The notes under the pieces are model-generated. The model was given only the letters and a program-made list of their open reading frames with translations. It made no database searches and was not told the DNA's origin. Below, piece after piece: positions 26,701-40,015 of a stretch of DNA of 64,000 nucleotides. Position numbers and translations under genes: made by a program. The stretch's first letter is position 1. Each line of letters starts with the position of its first letter. Location of the stretch: contig OZ059900.1 in NCBI GenBank assembly GCA_964057225.1, positions 26,040,001-26,104,000 on the forward strand, given 5' to 3'. Origin of the DNA: Auanema rhodensis (taxonomy: Eukaryota; Animalia; Nematoda).

Positions 26701-29700
26701 CAAAAACTGGTTTTCCAGCATAATAAAATATTTCTCATGGGAAATACTGTGTTTTTGTATTTTTTTAGTGTTCAGCATGTAAAATGCGTCATTTTAGTAT
26801 GTAAAACGCTGAAATTCGTTGCATTTGACGACTCATATGAACAAAAATCGATTTTATCAATATTAGCCATAAGGGGCGTGCCCTCAGAATATGCTAATTT
26901 CCTTAATTTTCTAACCCCTGTTTTTTTGTCGTGAAAGTGGAACTAGACGTTGTACGAACAATTTTGAGCTAGGTTTCATTGACATTGCATGAGTTTGAAC
27001 ACATGAAATCGTAAGTCAAAACCTTGTTTACAGCGAAATTTCCAAAAACTGGTTTTCCAGCATAATAAAATATTTCTCAAGGGAAAAACTGTGTTTTCAT
27101 ATTTTTCAAGTGTTCAGCATGTAAAATGCTTCATTTTAGTATGTAACACGCTGAAATTCCTTGCATTTGACGACTCATATGAACAAAAATCGATTTAATC
27201 AATATTAGCCATAAGGGGGCGTGCCCTCAGAATTTGCTAATTTCCTTAATTTTCTAACCCCTGTTTTTTTGTCGTGAAAGTGGAACTAGACGTTGTACGA
27301 ACAATTTTGAGCTAGGTTTCATTGACATTGCATGAGTTAGAACACATGAAATCGTAAGTCAAAACCTTGTTTACAGCGAAATTTCCAAAAACTGGTTTTC
27401 CAGCATAATAAAATATTTCTCATGGGAAATACTGTGTTTTTGTATTTTTCTAGTGTTCAGCATGTAAAATGCTTCATTTTAGTATGTAACACGCTGAAAT
27501 TTGTTGCATTTGACGACTCATATGAACAAAAATCGATTTAATCAATATTAGCCATAAGGGGCGTGCCCTCAGAATATGCTAATTTCCTTAATTTTCTAAC
27601 CCCTGTTTTTTTGTCGTGAAAGTGGAACTAGACGTTGTACGAACAATTTTGAGCTAGGTTTTATTGACATTGCATGAGTTTGAACATATGAAATCGTAAG
27701 TCAAAACCTTGTTTACAGCGAAATTTCCAAAAACTGGTTTTCCAGCATAATAAAATATTTCTCATGGGAAATACTGTGTTTTTGTATTTTTTTAGTGTTC
27801 AGCATGTAAAATGCGTCATTTTAGTATGTAAAACGCTGAAATTCGTTGCATTTGACGACTCATATGAACAAAAATCGATTTTATCAATATTAGCCATAAG
27901 GGGCGTGCCCTCAGAATATGCTAATTTCCTTAATTTTCTAACCCCTGTTTTTTTGTCGTGAAAGTGGAACTAGACGTTGTACGAACAATTTTGAGCTAGG
28001 TTTCATTGACATTGCATGAGTTTGAACACATGAAATCGTAAGTCAAAACCTTGTTTACAGCAAAATTTCCAAAAACTGGTTTTCCAGCATAATATAATAT
28101 TTCTCATGGGAAATACAGTGTTTTTGTATTTTTTTAGTGTTCAGCATGTAAAATGCGTCATTTTAGTATGTGAAACGCTGAAATTCGTTGCATTTGACGA
28201 CTCATATGAACAAAAATCGATTTTATCAATATTAGCCATAAGGGGCGTGCCCTCAGAATATGCTAATTTCCTTAATTTTCTAACCCCTGTTTTTTTGTCG
28301 TGAAAGTGGAACTAGACGTTGTACGAACAATTTTGAGCTAGGTTTCATTGACATTGCATGAGTTTGAACACATGAAATCGTAAGTCAAAACCTTGTTTAC
28401 AGCAAAATTTCCAAAAACTGGTTTTCCAGCATAATATAATATTTCTCATGGGAAATACAGTGTTTTTGTATTTTTTTAGTGTTCAGCATGTAAAATGCGT
28501 CATTTTAGTATGTAAAACGCTGAAATTCGTTGCATTTGACGACTCATATGAACAAAAATCGATTTTATCAATATTAGCCATAAGGGGCGTGCCCTCAGAA
28601 TATGCTAATTTCCTTAATTTTCTAACCCCTGTTTTTTTGTCGTGAAAGTGGAACTAGACGTTGTACGAACAATTTTGAGCTAGGTTTTATTGACATTGCA
28701 TGAGTTTGAACACATGAAATCGTAAGTCAAAACCTTGTTTACAGCGAAATTTCCAAAAACTGGTTTTCCAGCATAATAAAATATTTCTCATGGGAAATAC
28801 TGTGTTTTTGTATTTTTTTAGTGTTCAGCATGTAAAATGCGTCATTTTAGAATGTAAAACGCTGAAATTCGTTGCATTTGACGACTCATATGAACAAAAA
28901 TCGATTTTATCAATATTAGCCATAAGGGGCGTGCCCTCAGAATATGCTAATTTCCTTAATTTTCTAACCCCTGTTTTTTTGTCGTGAAAGTGGAACTAGA
29001 CGTTGTACGAACAATTTTGAGCTAGGTTTCATTGACATTGCATGAGTTTGAACACATGAAATCGTAAGTCAAAACCTTGTTTACAGCGAAATTTCCAAAA
29101 ACTGGTTTTCCAGCATAATAAAATATTTCTCAAGGGAAAAACTGTGTTTTCATATTTTTCAAGTGTTCAGCATGTAAAATGCTTCATTTTAGTATGTAAC
29201 ACGCTGAAATTCCTTGCATTTGACGACTCATATGAACAAAAATCGATTTAATCAATATTAGCCATAAGGGGCGTGCCCTCAGAATTTGCTAATTTCCTTA
29301 ATTTTCTAACCCCTGTTTTTTTGTCGTGAAAGTGGAACTAGACGTTGTACGAACAATTTTGAGCTAGGTTTCATTGACATTGCATGAGTTAGAACACATG
29401 AAATCGTAAGTCAAAACCTTGTTTACAGCGAAATTTCCAAAAACTGGTTTTCCAGCATAATAAAATATTTCTCATGGGAAATACTGTGTTTTTGTATTTT
29501 TCTAGTGTTCAGCATGTAAAATGCTTCATTTTAGTATGTAACACGCTGAAATTTGTTGCATTTGACGACTCATATGAACAAAAATCGATTTAATCAATAT
29601 TAGCCATAAGGGGCGTGCCCTCAGAATATGCTAATTTCCTTAATTTTCTAACCCCTGTTTTTTTGTCGTGAAAGTGGAACTAGACGTTGTACGAACAATT

Positions 29701-30113
29701 TTGAGCTAGGTTTTATTGACATTGCATGAGTTTGAACACATGAAATCGTAAGTCAAAACCTTGTTTACAGCGAAATTTCCAAAAACTGGTTTTCCAGCAT
29801 AATAAAATATTTCTCATGGGAAATACTGTGTTTTTGTATTTTTTTAGTGTTCAGCATGTAAAATGCGTCATTTTAGTATGTAAAACGCTGAAATTCGTTG
29901 CATTTGACGACTCATATGAACAAAAATCGATTTTATCAATATTAGCCATAAGGGGCGTGCCCTCAGAATATGCTAATTTCCTTAATTTTCTAACCCCTGT
30001 TTTTTTGTCGTGAAAGTGGAACTAGACGTTGTACGAACAATTTTGAGCTAGGTTTCATTGACATTGCATGAGTTTGAACACATGAAATCGTAAGTCAAAA
30101 CCTTGTTTACAGC
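23703..30113 (+). repeat. Tandem duplication of a 9-monomer block P-Q-D-G-G-D-P-Q-D, period 3079 bp
   Basis: ORF offsets 24685>27764, 25027>28106, 25369>28448, 25711>28790 and 26737>29816. The G-insertion (taaggggg), gaacatatg and tagaatg markers are all duplicated. Confidence 0.9.
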
Positions 30114-33100
30114 AAAATTTCCAAAAACTGGTTTTCCAGCATAATATAATATTTCTCATGGGAAATACAGTGTTTTTGTATTTTTTTAGTGTTCAGCATG
30201 TAAAATGCGTCATTTTAGTATGTGAAACGCTGAAATTCGTTGCATTTGACGACTCATATGAACAAAAATCGATTTTATCAATATTAGCCATAAGGGGCGT
30301 GCCCTCAGAATATGCTAATTTCCTTAATTTTCTAACCCCTGTTTTTTTGTCGTGAAAGTGGAACTAGACGTTGTACGAACAATTTTGAGCTAGGTTTCAT
30401 TGACATTGCATGAGTTTGAACACATGAAATCGTAAGTCAAAACCTTGTTTACAGCAAAATTTCCAAAAACTGGTTTTCCAGCATAATATAATATTTCTCA
30501 TGGGAAATACAGTGTTTTTGTATTTTTTTAGTGTTCAGCATGTAAAATGCGTCATTTTAGTATGTAAAACGCTGAAATTCGTTGCATTTGACGACTCATA
30601 TGAACAAAAATCGATTTTATCAATATTAGCCATAAGGGGCGTGCCCTCAGAATATGCTAATTTCCTTAATTTTCTAACCCCTGTTTTTTTGTCGTGAAAG
30701 TGGAACTAGACGTTGTACGAACAATTTTGAGCTAGGTTTTATTGACATTGCATGAGTTTGAACACATGAAATCGTAAGTCAAAACCTTGTTTACAGCGAA
30801 ATTTCCAAAAACTGGTTTTCCAGCATAATAAAATATTTCTCATGGGAAATACTGTGTTTTTGTATTTTTTTAGTGTTCAGCATGTAAAATGCGTCATTTT
30901 AGTATGTAAAACGCTGAAATTCGTTGCATTTGACGACTCATATGAACAAAAATCGATTTTATCAATATTAGCCATAAGGGGCGTGCCCTCAGAATATGCT
31001 AATTTCCTTAATTTTCTAACCCCTGTTTTTTTGTCGTGAAAGTGGAACTAGACGTTGTACGAACAATTTTGAGCTAGGTTTCATTGACATTGCATGAGTT
31101 TGAACACATGAAATCGTAAGTCAAAACCTTGTTTACAGCAAAATTTCCAAAAACTGGTTTTCCAGCATAATATAATATTTCTCATGGGAAATACAGTGTT
31201 TTTGTATTTTTTTAGTGTTCAGCATGTAAAATGCGTCATTTTAGTATGTAAAACGCTGAAATTCGTTGCATTTGACGACTCATATGAACAAAAATCGATT
31301 TTATCAATATTAGCCATAAGGGGCGTGCCCTCAGAATATGCTAATTTCCTTAATTTTCTAACCCCTGTTTTTTTGTCGTGAAAGTGGAACTAGACGTTGT
31401 ACGAACAATTTTGAGCTAGGTTTCATTGACATTGCATGAGTTTGAACACATGAAATCGTAAGTCAAAACCTTGTTTACAGCGAAATTTCCAAAAACTGGT
31501 TTTCCAGCATAATACAATATTTCTCATGGGAAATACTGTGTTTTTATATTTTTCTAGTGTTCAGCATGTAAAATGCTTCATTTTAGTATGTAACACGCTG
31601 AAATTCGTTGCATTTGACGACTCATATGAACAAAAATCGATTTTATCAATATTAGCCATAAGGGGCGTGCCCTCAGAATATGCTAATTTCCTTAATTTTC
31701 TAACCCCTGTTTTTTTGTCGTGAAAGTGGAACTAGACGTTGTACGAACAGTTTTGAGCTAGGTTTCATTGACATTGCATGAGTTTGAACACATGAAATCG
31801 TAAGTCAAAACCTTGTTTACAGCGAAATTTCCAAAAACTGGTTTTCCAGCATAATAAAATATTTCTCATGGGAAATACTGTGTTTTTGTATTTTTTCAGT
31901 GTTCAGCATGTAAAATGCTTCATTTTAGTATGTAACACGCTGAAATTCGTTGCATTTGACGACTCATATGAACAAAAATCGATTTAATCAATATTAGCCA
32001 TAAGGGGCGTGCCCTCAGAATATGCTAATTTCCTTAATTTTCTAACCCCTGTTTTTTTGTCGTGAAAGTGGAACTAGACGTTGTACGAACAATTTTGAGC
32101 TAGGTTTCATTGACATTGCATGAGTTTGAACACATGAAATCGTAAGTCAAAACCTTGTTTACAGCGAAATTTCCAAAAACTGGTTTTCCAGCATAATAAA
32201 ATATTTCTCATGGGAAATACTGTGTTTTTGTATTTTTTTAGTGTTCAGCATGTAAAATGCGTCATTTTAGTATGTAAAACGCTGAAATTCGTTGCATTTG
32301 ACGACTCATATGAACAAAAATCGATTTTATCAATATTAGCCATAAGGGGCGTGCCCTCAGAATATGCTAATTTCCTTAATTTTCTAACCCCTGTTTTTTT
32401 GTCGTGAAAGTGGAACTAGACGTTGTACGAACAATTTTGAGCTAGGTTTCATTGACATTGCATGAGTTTGAACACATGAAATCGTAAGTCAAAACCTTGT
32501 TTACAGCAAAATTTCCAAAAACTGGTTTTCCAGCATAATAAAATATTTCTCATGGGAAATACAGTGTTTTTGTATTTTTTTAGTGTTCAGCATGTAAAAT
32601 GCTTTATTTTAATATGTAACACGCTGAAATTCGTTGCATTTGACGACTCATATGAACAAAAATCGATTTAATCAATATTAGCCATAAGGGGCGTGCCCTC
32701 AGAATATGCTAATTTCCTTAATTTTCTAACCCCTGTTTTTTTGTCGTGAAAGTGGAACTAGACGTTGTACGAACAATTTTGAGCTAAGTTTCATTGACAT
32801 TGCATGAGTTTGAACACATGAAATCGTAAGTCAAAACCTTGTTTACATCGAAATTTCCAAAAACTGGTTTTCCAGCATAATAAAATATTTCTCATGAGAA
32901 ATACTGTGTTTTTGTATTTTTTTAATGTTCAGCATGTAAAATGCTTCATTTTGATATGTAAAACGCTGAAATTCGTTGCATTTGACGACTCATATGAACA
33001 AAAATCGATTTTATCAATATTAGCCATAAGGGGCGTGCCCTCAGAATATGCTAATTTCCTTAATTTTCTAACCCCTGTTTTTTTGTCGTGAAAGTGGAAC

Positions 33101-35568
33101 TAGACGTTGTACGAACAATTTTGAGCTAGGTTTCATTGACATTGCATGAGTTTGAACACATGAAATCGTAAGTCAAAACCTTGTTTACAGCAAAATTTCC
33201 AAAAACTGGTTTTCCAGCATAATAAAATATTTCTCATGGGAAATACAGTGTTTTTGTATTTTTTTAGTGTTCAGCATGTAAAATGCTTTATTTTAATATG
33301 TAACACGCTGAAATTCGTTGCATTTGACGACTCATATGAACAAAAATCGATTTAATCAATATTAGCCATAAGGGGCGTGCCCTCAGAATATGCTAATTTC
33401 CTTAATTTTCTAACCCCTGTTTTTTTGTCGTGAAAGTGGAACTAGACGTTGTACGAACAATTTTGAGCTAAGTTTCATTGACATTGCATGAGTTTGAACA
33501 CATGAAATCGTAAGTCAAAACCTTGTTTACATCGAAATTTCCAAAAACTGGTTTTCCAGCATAATAAAATATTTCTCATGAGAAATACTGTGTTTTTGTA
33601 TTTTTTTAATGTTCAGCATGTAAAATGCTTCATTTTGATATGTAAAACGCTGAAATTCGTTGCATTTGACGACTCATATGAACAAAAATCGATTTTATCA
33701 ATATTAGCCATAAGGGGCGTGCCCTCAGAATATGCTAATTTCCTTAATTTTCTAACCCCTGTTTTTTTGTCGTGAAAGTGGAACTAGACGTTGTACGAAC
33801 AATTTTGAGCTAAGTTTCATTGACATTGCATGAGTTTGAACACATGAAATCGTAAGTCAAAACCTTGTTTACAGCGAAATTTCCAAAAACTGGTTTTCCA
33901 GCATAATACAATATTTCTCATGGGAAATACTGTGTTTTTATATTTTTCTAGTGTTCAGCATGTAAAATGCTTCATTTTAGTATGTAACACGCTGAAATTC
34001 GTTGCATTTGACGACTCATATGAACAAAAATTGATTTAATCAATATTAGCCATAAGGGGCGTGCCCTCAGAATATGCTAATTTCCTTAATTTTCTAACCC
34101 CTGTTTTTTTGTCGTGAAAGTGGAACTAGACGTTGTACGAACAATTTTGAGCTAGGTTTCATTGACATTGCATGAGTTTGAACACATGCAATCGTAAGTC
34201 AAAACCTTGTTTACAGCGAAATTTCCAAAAACTGGTTTTCCAGCATAATAAAATATTTCTCATGGGAAAAACTGTGTTTTTGTATTTTTCTAGTGTTCAG
34301 CATGTAAAATGCTTTATTTTAATATGTAACACGCTGAAATTCGTTGCATTTGACGACTCATATGAACAAAAATCGATTTAATCAATATTAGCCATAAGGG
34401 GCGTGCCCTCAGAATATGCTAATTTCCTTAATTTTCTAACCCCTGTTTTTTTGTCGTGAAAGTGGAACTAGACGTTGTACGAACAATTTTGAGCTAAGTT
34501 TCATTGACATTGCATGAGTTTGAACACATGAAATCGTAAGTCAAAACCTTGTTTACAGCGAAATTTCCAAAAACTGGTTTTCCAGCATAATAAAATATTT
34601 CTCATGAGAAATACTGTGTTTTTGTATTTTTTTAATGTTCAGCATGTAAAATGCTTCATTTTGATATGTAAAACGCTGAAATTCGTTGCATTTGACGACT
34701 CATATGAACAAAAATCGATTTTATCAATATTAGCCATAAGGGGCGTGCCCTCAGAATATGCTAATTTCCTTAATTTTCTAACCCCTGTTTTTTTGTCGTG
34801 AAAGTGGAACTAGACGTTGTACGAACAATTTTGAGCTAGGTTTCATTGACATTGCATGAGTTTGAACACATGAAATCGTAAGTCAAAACCTTGTTTACAG
34901 CGAAATTTCCAAAAACTGGTTTTCCAGCATAATACAATATTTCTCATGGGAAATACTGTGTTTTTATATTTTTCTAGTGTTCAGCATGTAAAATGCTTCA
35001 TTTTAGTATGTAACACGCTGAAATTCGTTGCATTTGACGACTCATATGAACAAAAATCGATTTTATCAATATTAGCCATAAGGGGCGTGCCCTCAGAATA
35101 TGCTAATTTCCTTAATTTTCTAACCCCTGTTTTTTTGTCGTGAAAGTGGAACTAGACGTTGTACGAACAATTTTGAGCTAGGTTTCATTGACATTGCATG
35201 AGTTTGAACACATGAAATCGTAAGTCAAAACCTTGTTTACAGCGAAATTTCCAAAAACTGGTTTTCCAGCATAATAAAATATTTCTCATGGGAAATACTG
35301 TGTTTTTGTATTTTTTTAGTGTTCAGCATGTGAAATGCGTCATTTTAGTATGTAAAACGCTGAAATTCGTTGCATTTGACGACTCATATGAACAAAAATC
35401 GATTTTATCAATATTAGCCATAAGGGGCGTGCCCTCAGAATATGCTAATTTCCTTAATTTTCTAACCCCTGTTTTTTTGTCGTGAAAGTGGAACTAGACG
35501 TTGTACGAACAATTTTGAGCTAGGTTTCATTGACATTGCATGAGTTTGAACACATGAAATCGTAAGTC

Positions 35569-38500
35569 AAAACCTTGTTTACAGCGAAATTTCCAAAAAC
35601 TGGTTTTCCAGCATAATAAAATATTTCTCAAGGGAAAAACTGTGTTTTCATATTTTTCAAGTGTTCAGCATGTAAAATGCTTCATTTTAGTATGTAACAC
35701 GCTGAAATTCCTTGCATTTGACGACTCATATGAACAAAAATCGATTTAATCAATATTAGCCATAAGGGGGCGTGCCCTCAGAATTTGCTAATTTCCTTAA
35801 TTTTCTAACCCCTGTTTTTTTGTCGTGAAAGTGGAACTAGACGTTGTACGAACAATTTTGAGCTAGGTTTCATTGACATTGCATGAGTTAGAACACATGA
35901 AATCGTAAGTCAAAACCTTGTTTACAGCGAAATTTCCAAAAACTGGTTTTCCAGCATAATAAAATATTTCTCATGGGAAATACTGTGTTTTTGTATTTTT
36001 CTAGTGTTCAGCATGTAAAATGCTTCATTTTAGTATGTAACACGCTGAAATTTGTTGCATTTGACGACTCATATGAACAAAAATCGATTTAATCAATATT
36101 AGCCATAAGGGGCGTGCCCTCAGAATATGCTAATTTCCTTAATTTTCTAACCCCTGTTTTTTTGTCGTGAAAGTGGAACTAGACGTTGTACGAACAATTT
36201 TGAGCTAGGTTTTATTGACATTGCATGAGTTTGAACATATGAAATCGTAAGTCAAAACCTTGTTTACAGCGAAATTTCCAAAAACTGGTTTTCCAGCATA
36301 ATAAAATATTTCTCATGGGAAATACTGTGTTTTTGTATTTTTTTAGTGTTCAGCATGTAAAATGCGTCATTTTAGTATGTAAAACGCTGAAATTCGTTGC
36401 ATTTGACGACTCATATGAACAAAAATCGATTTTATCAATATTAGCCATAAGGGGCGTGCCCTCAGAATATGCTAATTTCCTTAATTTTCTAACCCCTGTT
36501 TTTTTGTCGTGAAAGTGGAACTAGACGTTGTACGAACAATTTTGAGCTAGGTTTCATTGACATTGCATGAGTTTGAACACATGAAATCGTAAGTCAAAAC
36601 CTTGTTTACAGCAAAATTTCCAAAAACTGGTTTTCCAGCATAATATAATATTTCTCATGGGAAATACAGTGTTTTTGTATTTTTTTAGTGTTCAGCATGT
36701 AAAATGCGTCATTTTAGTATGTGAAACGCTGAAATTCGTTGCATTTGACGACTCATATGAACAAAAATCGATTTTATCAATATTAGCCATAAGGGGCGTG
36801 CCCTCAGAATATGCTAATTTCCTTAATTTTCTAACCCCTGTTTTTTTGTCGTGAAAGTGGAACTAGACGTTGTACGAACAATTTTGAGCTAGGTTTCATT
36901 GACATTGCATGAGTTTGAACACATGAAATCGTAAGTCAAAACCTTGTTTACAGCAAAATTTCCAAAAACTGGTTTTCCAGCATAATATAATATTTCTCAT
37001 GGGAAATACAGTGTTTTTGTATTTTTTTAGTGTTCAGCATGTAAAATGCGTCATTTTAGTATGTAAAACGCTGAAATTCGTTGCATTTGACGACTCATAT
37101 GAACAAAAATCGATTTTATCAATATTAGCCATAAGGGGCGTGCCCTCAGAATATGCTAATTTCCTTAATTTTCTAACCCCTGTTTTTTTGTCGTGAAAGT
37201 GGAACTAGACGTTGTACGAACAATTTTGAGCTAGGTTTTATTGACATTGCATGAGTTTGAACACATGAAATCGTAAGTCAAAACCTTGTTTACAGCGAAA
37301 TTTCCAAAAACTGGTTTTCCAGCATAATAAAATATTTCTCATGGGAAATACTGTGTTTTTGTATTTTTTTAGTGTTCAGCATGTAAAATGCGTCATTTTA
37401 GAATGTAAAACGCTGAAATTCGTTGCATTTGACGACTCATATGAACAAAAATCGATTTTATCAATATTAGCCATAAGGGGCGTGCCCTCAGAATATGCTA
37501 ATTTCCTTAATTTTCTAACCCCTGTTTTTTTGTCGTGAAAGTGGAACTAGACGTTGTACGAACAATTTTGAGCTAGGTTTCATTGACATTGCATGAGTTT
37601 GAACACATGAAATCGTAAGTCAAAACCTTGTTTACAGCGAAATTTCCAAAAACTGGTTTTCCAGCATAATAAAATATTTCTCAAGGGAAAAACTGTGTTT
37701 TCATATTTTTCAAGTGTTCAGCATGTAAAATGCTTCATTTTAGTATGTAACACGCTGAAATTCCTTGCATTTGACGACTCATATGAACAAAAATCGATTT
37801 AATCAATATTAGCCATAAGGGGCGTGCCCTCAGAATTTGCTAATTTCCTTAATTTTCTAACCCCTGTTTTTTTGTCGTGAAAGTGGAACTAGACGTTGTA
37901 CGAACAATTTTGAGCTAGGTTTCATTGACATTGCATGAGTTAGAACACATGAAATCGTAAGTCAAAACCTTGTTTACAGCGAAATTTCCAAAAACTGGTT
38001 TTCCAGCATAATAAAATATTTCTCATGGGAAATACTGTGTTTTTGTATTTTTCTAGTGTTCAGCATGTAAAATGCTTCATTTTAGTATGTAACACGCTGA
38101 AATTTGTTGCATTTGACGACTCATATGAACAAAAATCGATTTAATCAATATTAGCCATAAGGGGCGTGCCCTCAGAATATGCTAATTTCCTTAATTTTCT
38201 AACCCCTGTTTTTTTGTCGTGAAAGTGGAACTAGACGTTGTACGAACAATTTTGAGCTAGGTTTTATTGACATTGCATGAGTTTGAACACATGAAATCGT
38301 AAGTCAAAACCTTGTTTACAGCGAAATTTCCAAAAACTGGTTTTCCAGCATAATAAAATATTTCTCATGGGAAATACTGTGTTTTTGTATTTTTTTAGTG
38401 TTCAGCATGTAAAATGCGTCATTTTAGTATGTAAAACGCTGAAATTCGTTGCATTTGACGACTCATATGAACAAAAATCGATTTTATCAATATTAGCCAT

Positions 38501-39673
38501 AAGGGGCGTGCCCTCAGAATATGCTAATTTCCTTAATTTTCTAACCCCTGTTTTTTTGTCGTGAAAGTGGAACTAGACGTTGTACGAACAATTTTGAGCT
38601 AGGTTTCATTGACATTGCATGAGTTTGAACACATGAAATCGTAAGTCAAAACCTTGTTTACAGCAAAATTTCCAAAAACTGGTTTTCCAGCATAATATAA
38701 TATTTCTCATGGGAAATACAGTGTTTTTGTATTTTTTTAGTGTTCAGCATGTAAAATGCGTCATTTTAGTATGTGAAACGCTGAAATTCGTTGCATTTGA
38801 CGACTCATATGAACAAAAATCGATTTTATCAATATTAGCCATAAGGGGCGTGCCCTCAGAATATGCTAATTTCCTTAATTTTCTAACCCCTGTTTTTTTG
38901 TCGTGAAAGTGGAACTAGACGTTGTACGAACAATTTTGAGCTAGGTTTCATTGACATTGCATGAGTTTGAACACATGAAATCGTAAGTCAAAACCTTGTT
39001 TACAGCAAAATTTCCAAAAACTGGTTTTCCAGCATAATATAATATTTCTCATGGGAAATACAGTGTTTTTGTATTTTTTTAGTGTTCAGCATGTAAAATG
39101 CGTCATTTTAGTATGTAAAACGCTGAAATTCGTTGCATTTGACGACTCATATGAACAAAAATCGATTTTATCAATATTAGCCATAAGGGGCGTGCCCTCA
39201 GAATATGCTAATTTCCTTAATTTTCTAACCCCTGTTTTTTTGTCGTGAAAGTGGAACTAGACGTTGTACGAACAATTTTGAGCTAGGTTTTATTGACATT
39301 GCATGAGTTTGAACACATGAAATCGTAAGTCAAAACCTTGTTTACAGCGAAATTTCCAAAAACTGGTTTTCCAGCATAATAAAATATTTCTCATGGGAAA
39401 TACTGTGTTTTTGTATTTTTTTAGTGTTCAGCATGTAAAATGCGTCATTTTAGTATGTAAAACGCTGAAATTCGTTGCATTTGACGACTCATATGAACAA
39501 AAATCGATTTTATCAATATTAGCCATAAGGGGCGTGCCCTCAGAATATGCTAATTTCCTTAATTTTCTAACCCCTGTTTTTTTGTCGTGAAAGTGGAACT
39601 AGACGTTGTACGAACAATTTTGAGCTAGGTTTCATTGACATTGCATGAGTTTGAACACATGAAATCGTAAGTC
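35569..39673 (+). repeat. 6-monomer higher-order repeat P-Q-D-G-G-D, period ~2052 bp, with slightly diverged copies
   Basis: Offsets 36315>38367, 36657>38709, 36999>39051 and 37341>39393. The copies differ at the G insertion, gaacatatg and tagaatg markers. Confidence 0.85.
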
Positions 39674-40015
39674 AAAACCTTGTTTACAGCAAAATTTCCA
39701 AAAACTGGTTTTCCAGCATAATATAATATTTCTCATGGGAAATACAGTGTTTTTGTATTTTTTTAGTGTTCAGCATGTAAAATGCGTCATTTTAGTATGT
39801 AAAACGCTGAAATTCGTTGCATTTGACGACTCATATGAACAAAAATCGATTTTATCAATATTAGCCATAAGGGGCGTGCCCTCAGAATATGCTAATTTCC
39901 TTAATTTTCTAACCCCTGTTTTTTTGTCGTGAAAGTGGAACTAGACGTTGTACGAACAATTTTGAGCTAGGTTTCATTGACATTGCATGAGTTTGAACAC
40001 ATGAAATCGTAAGTC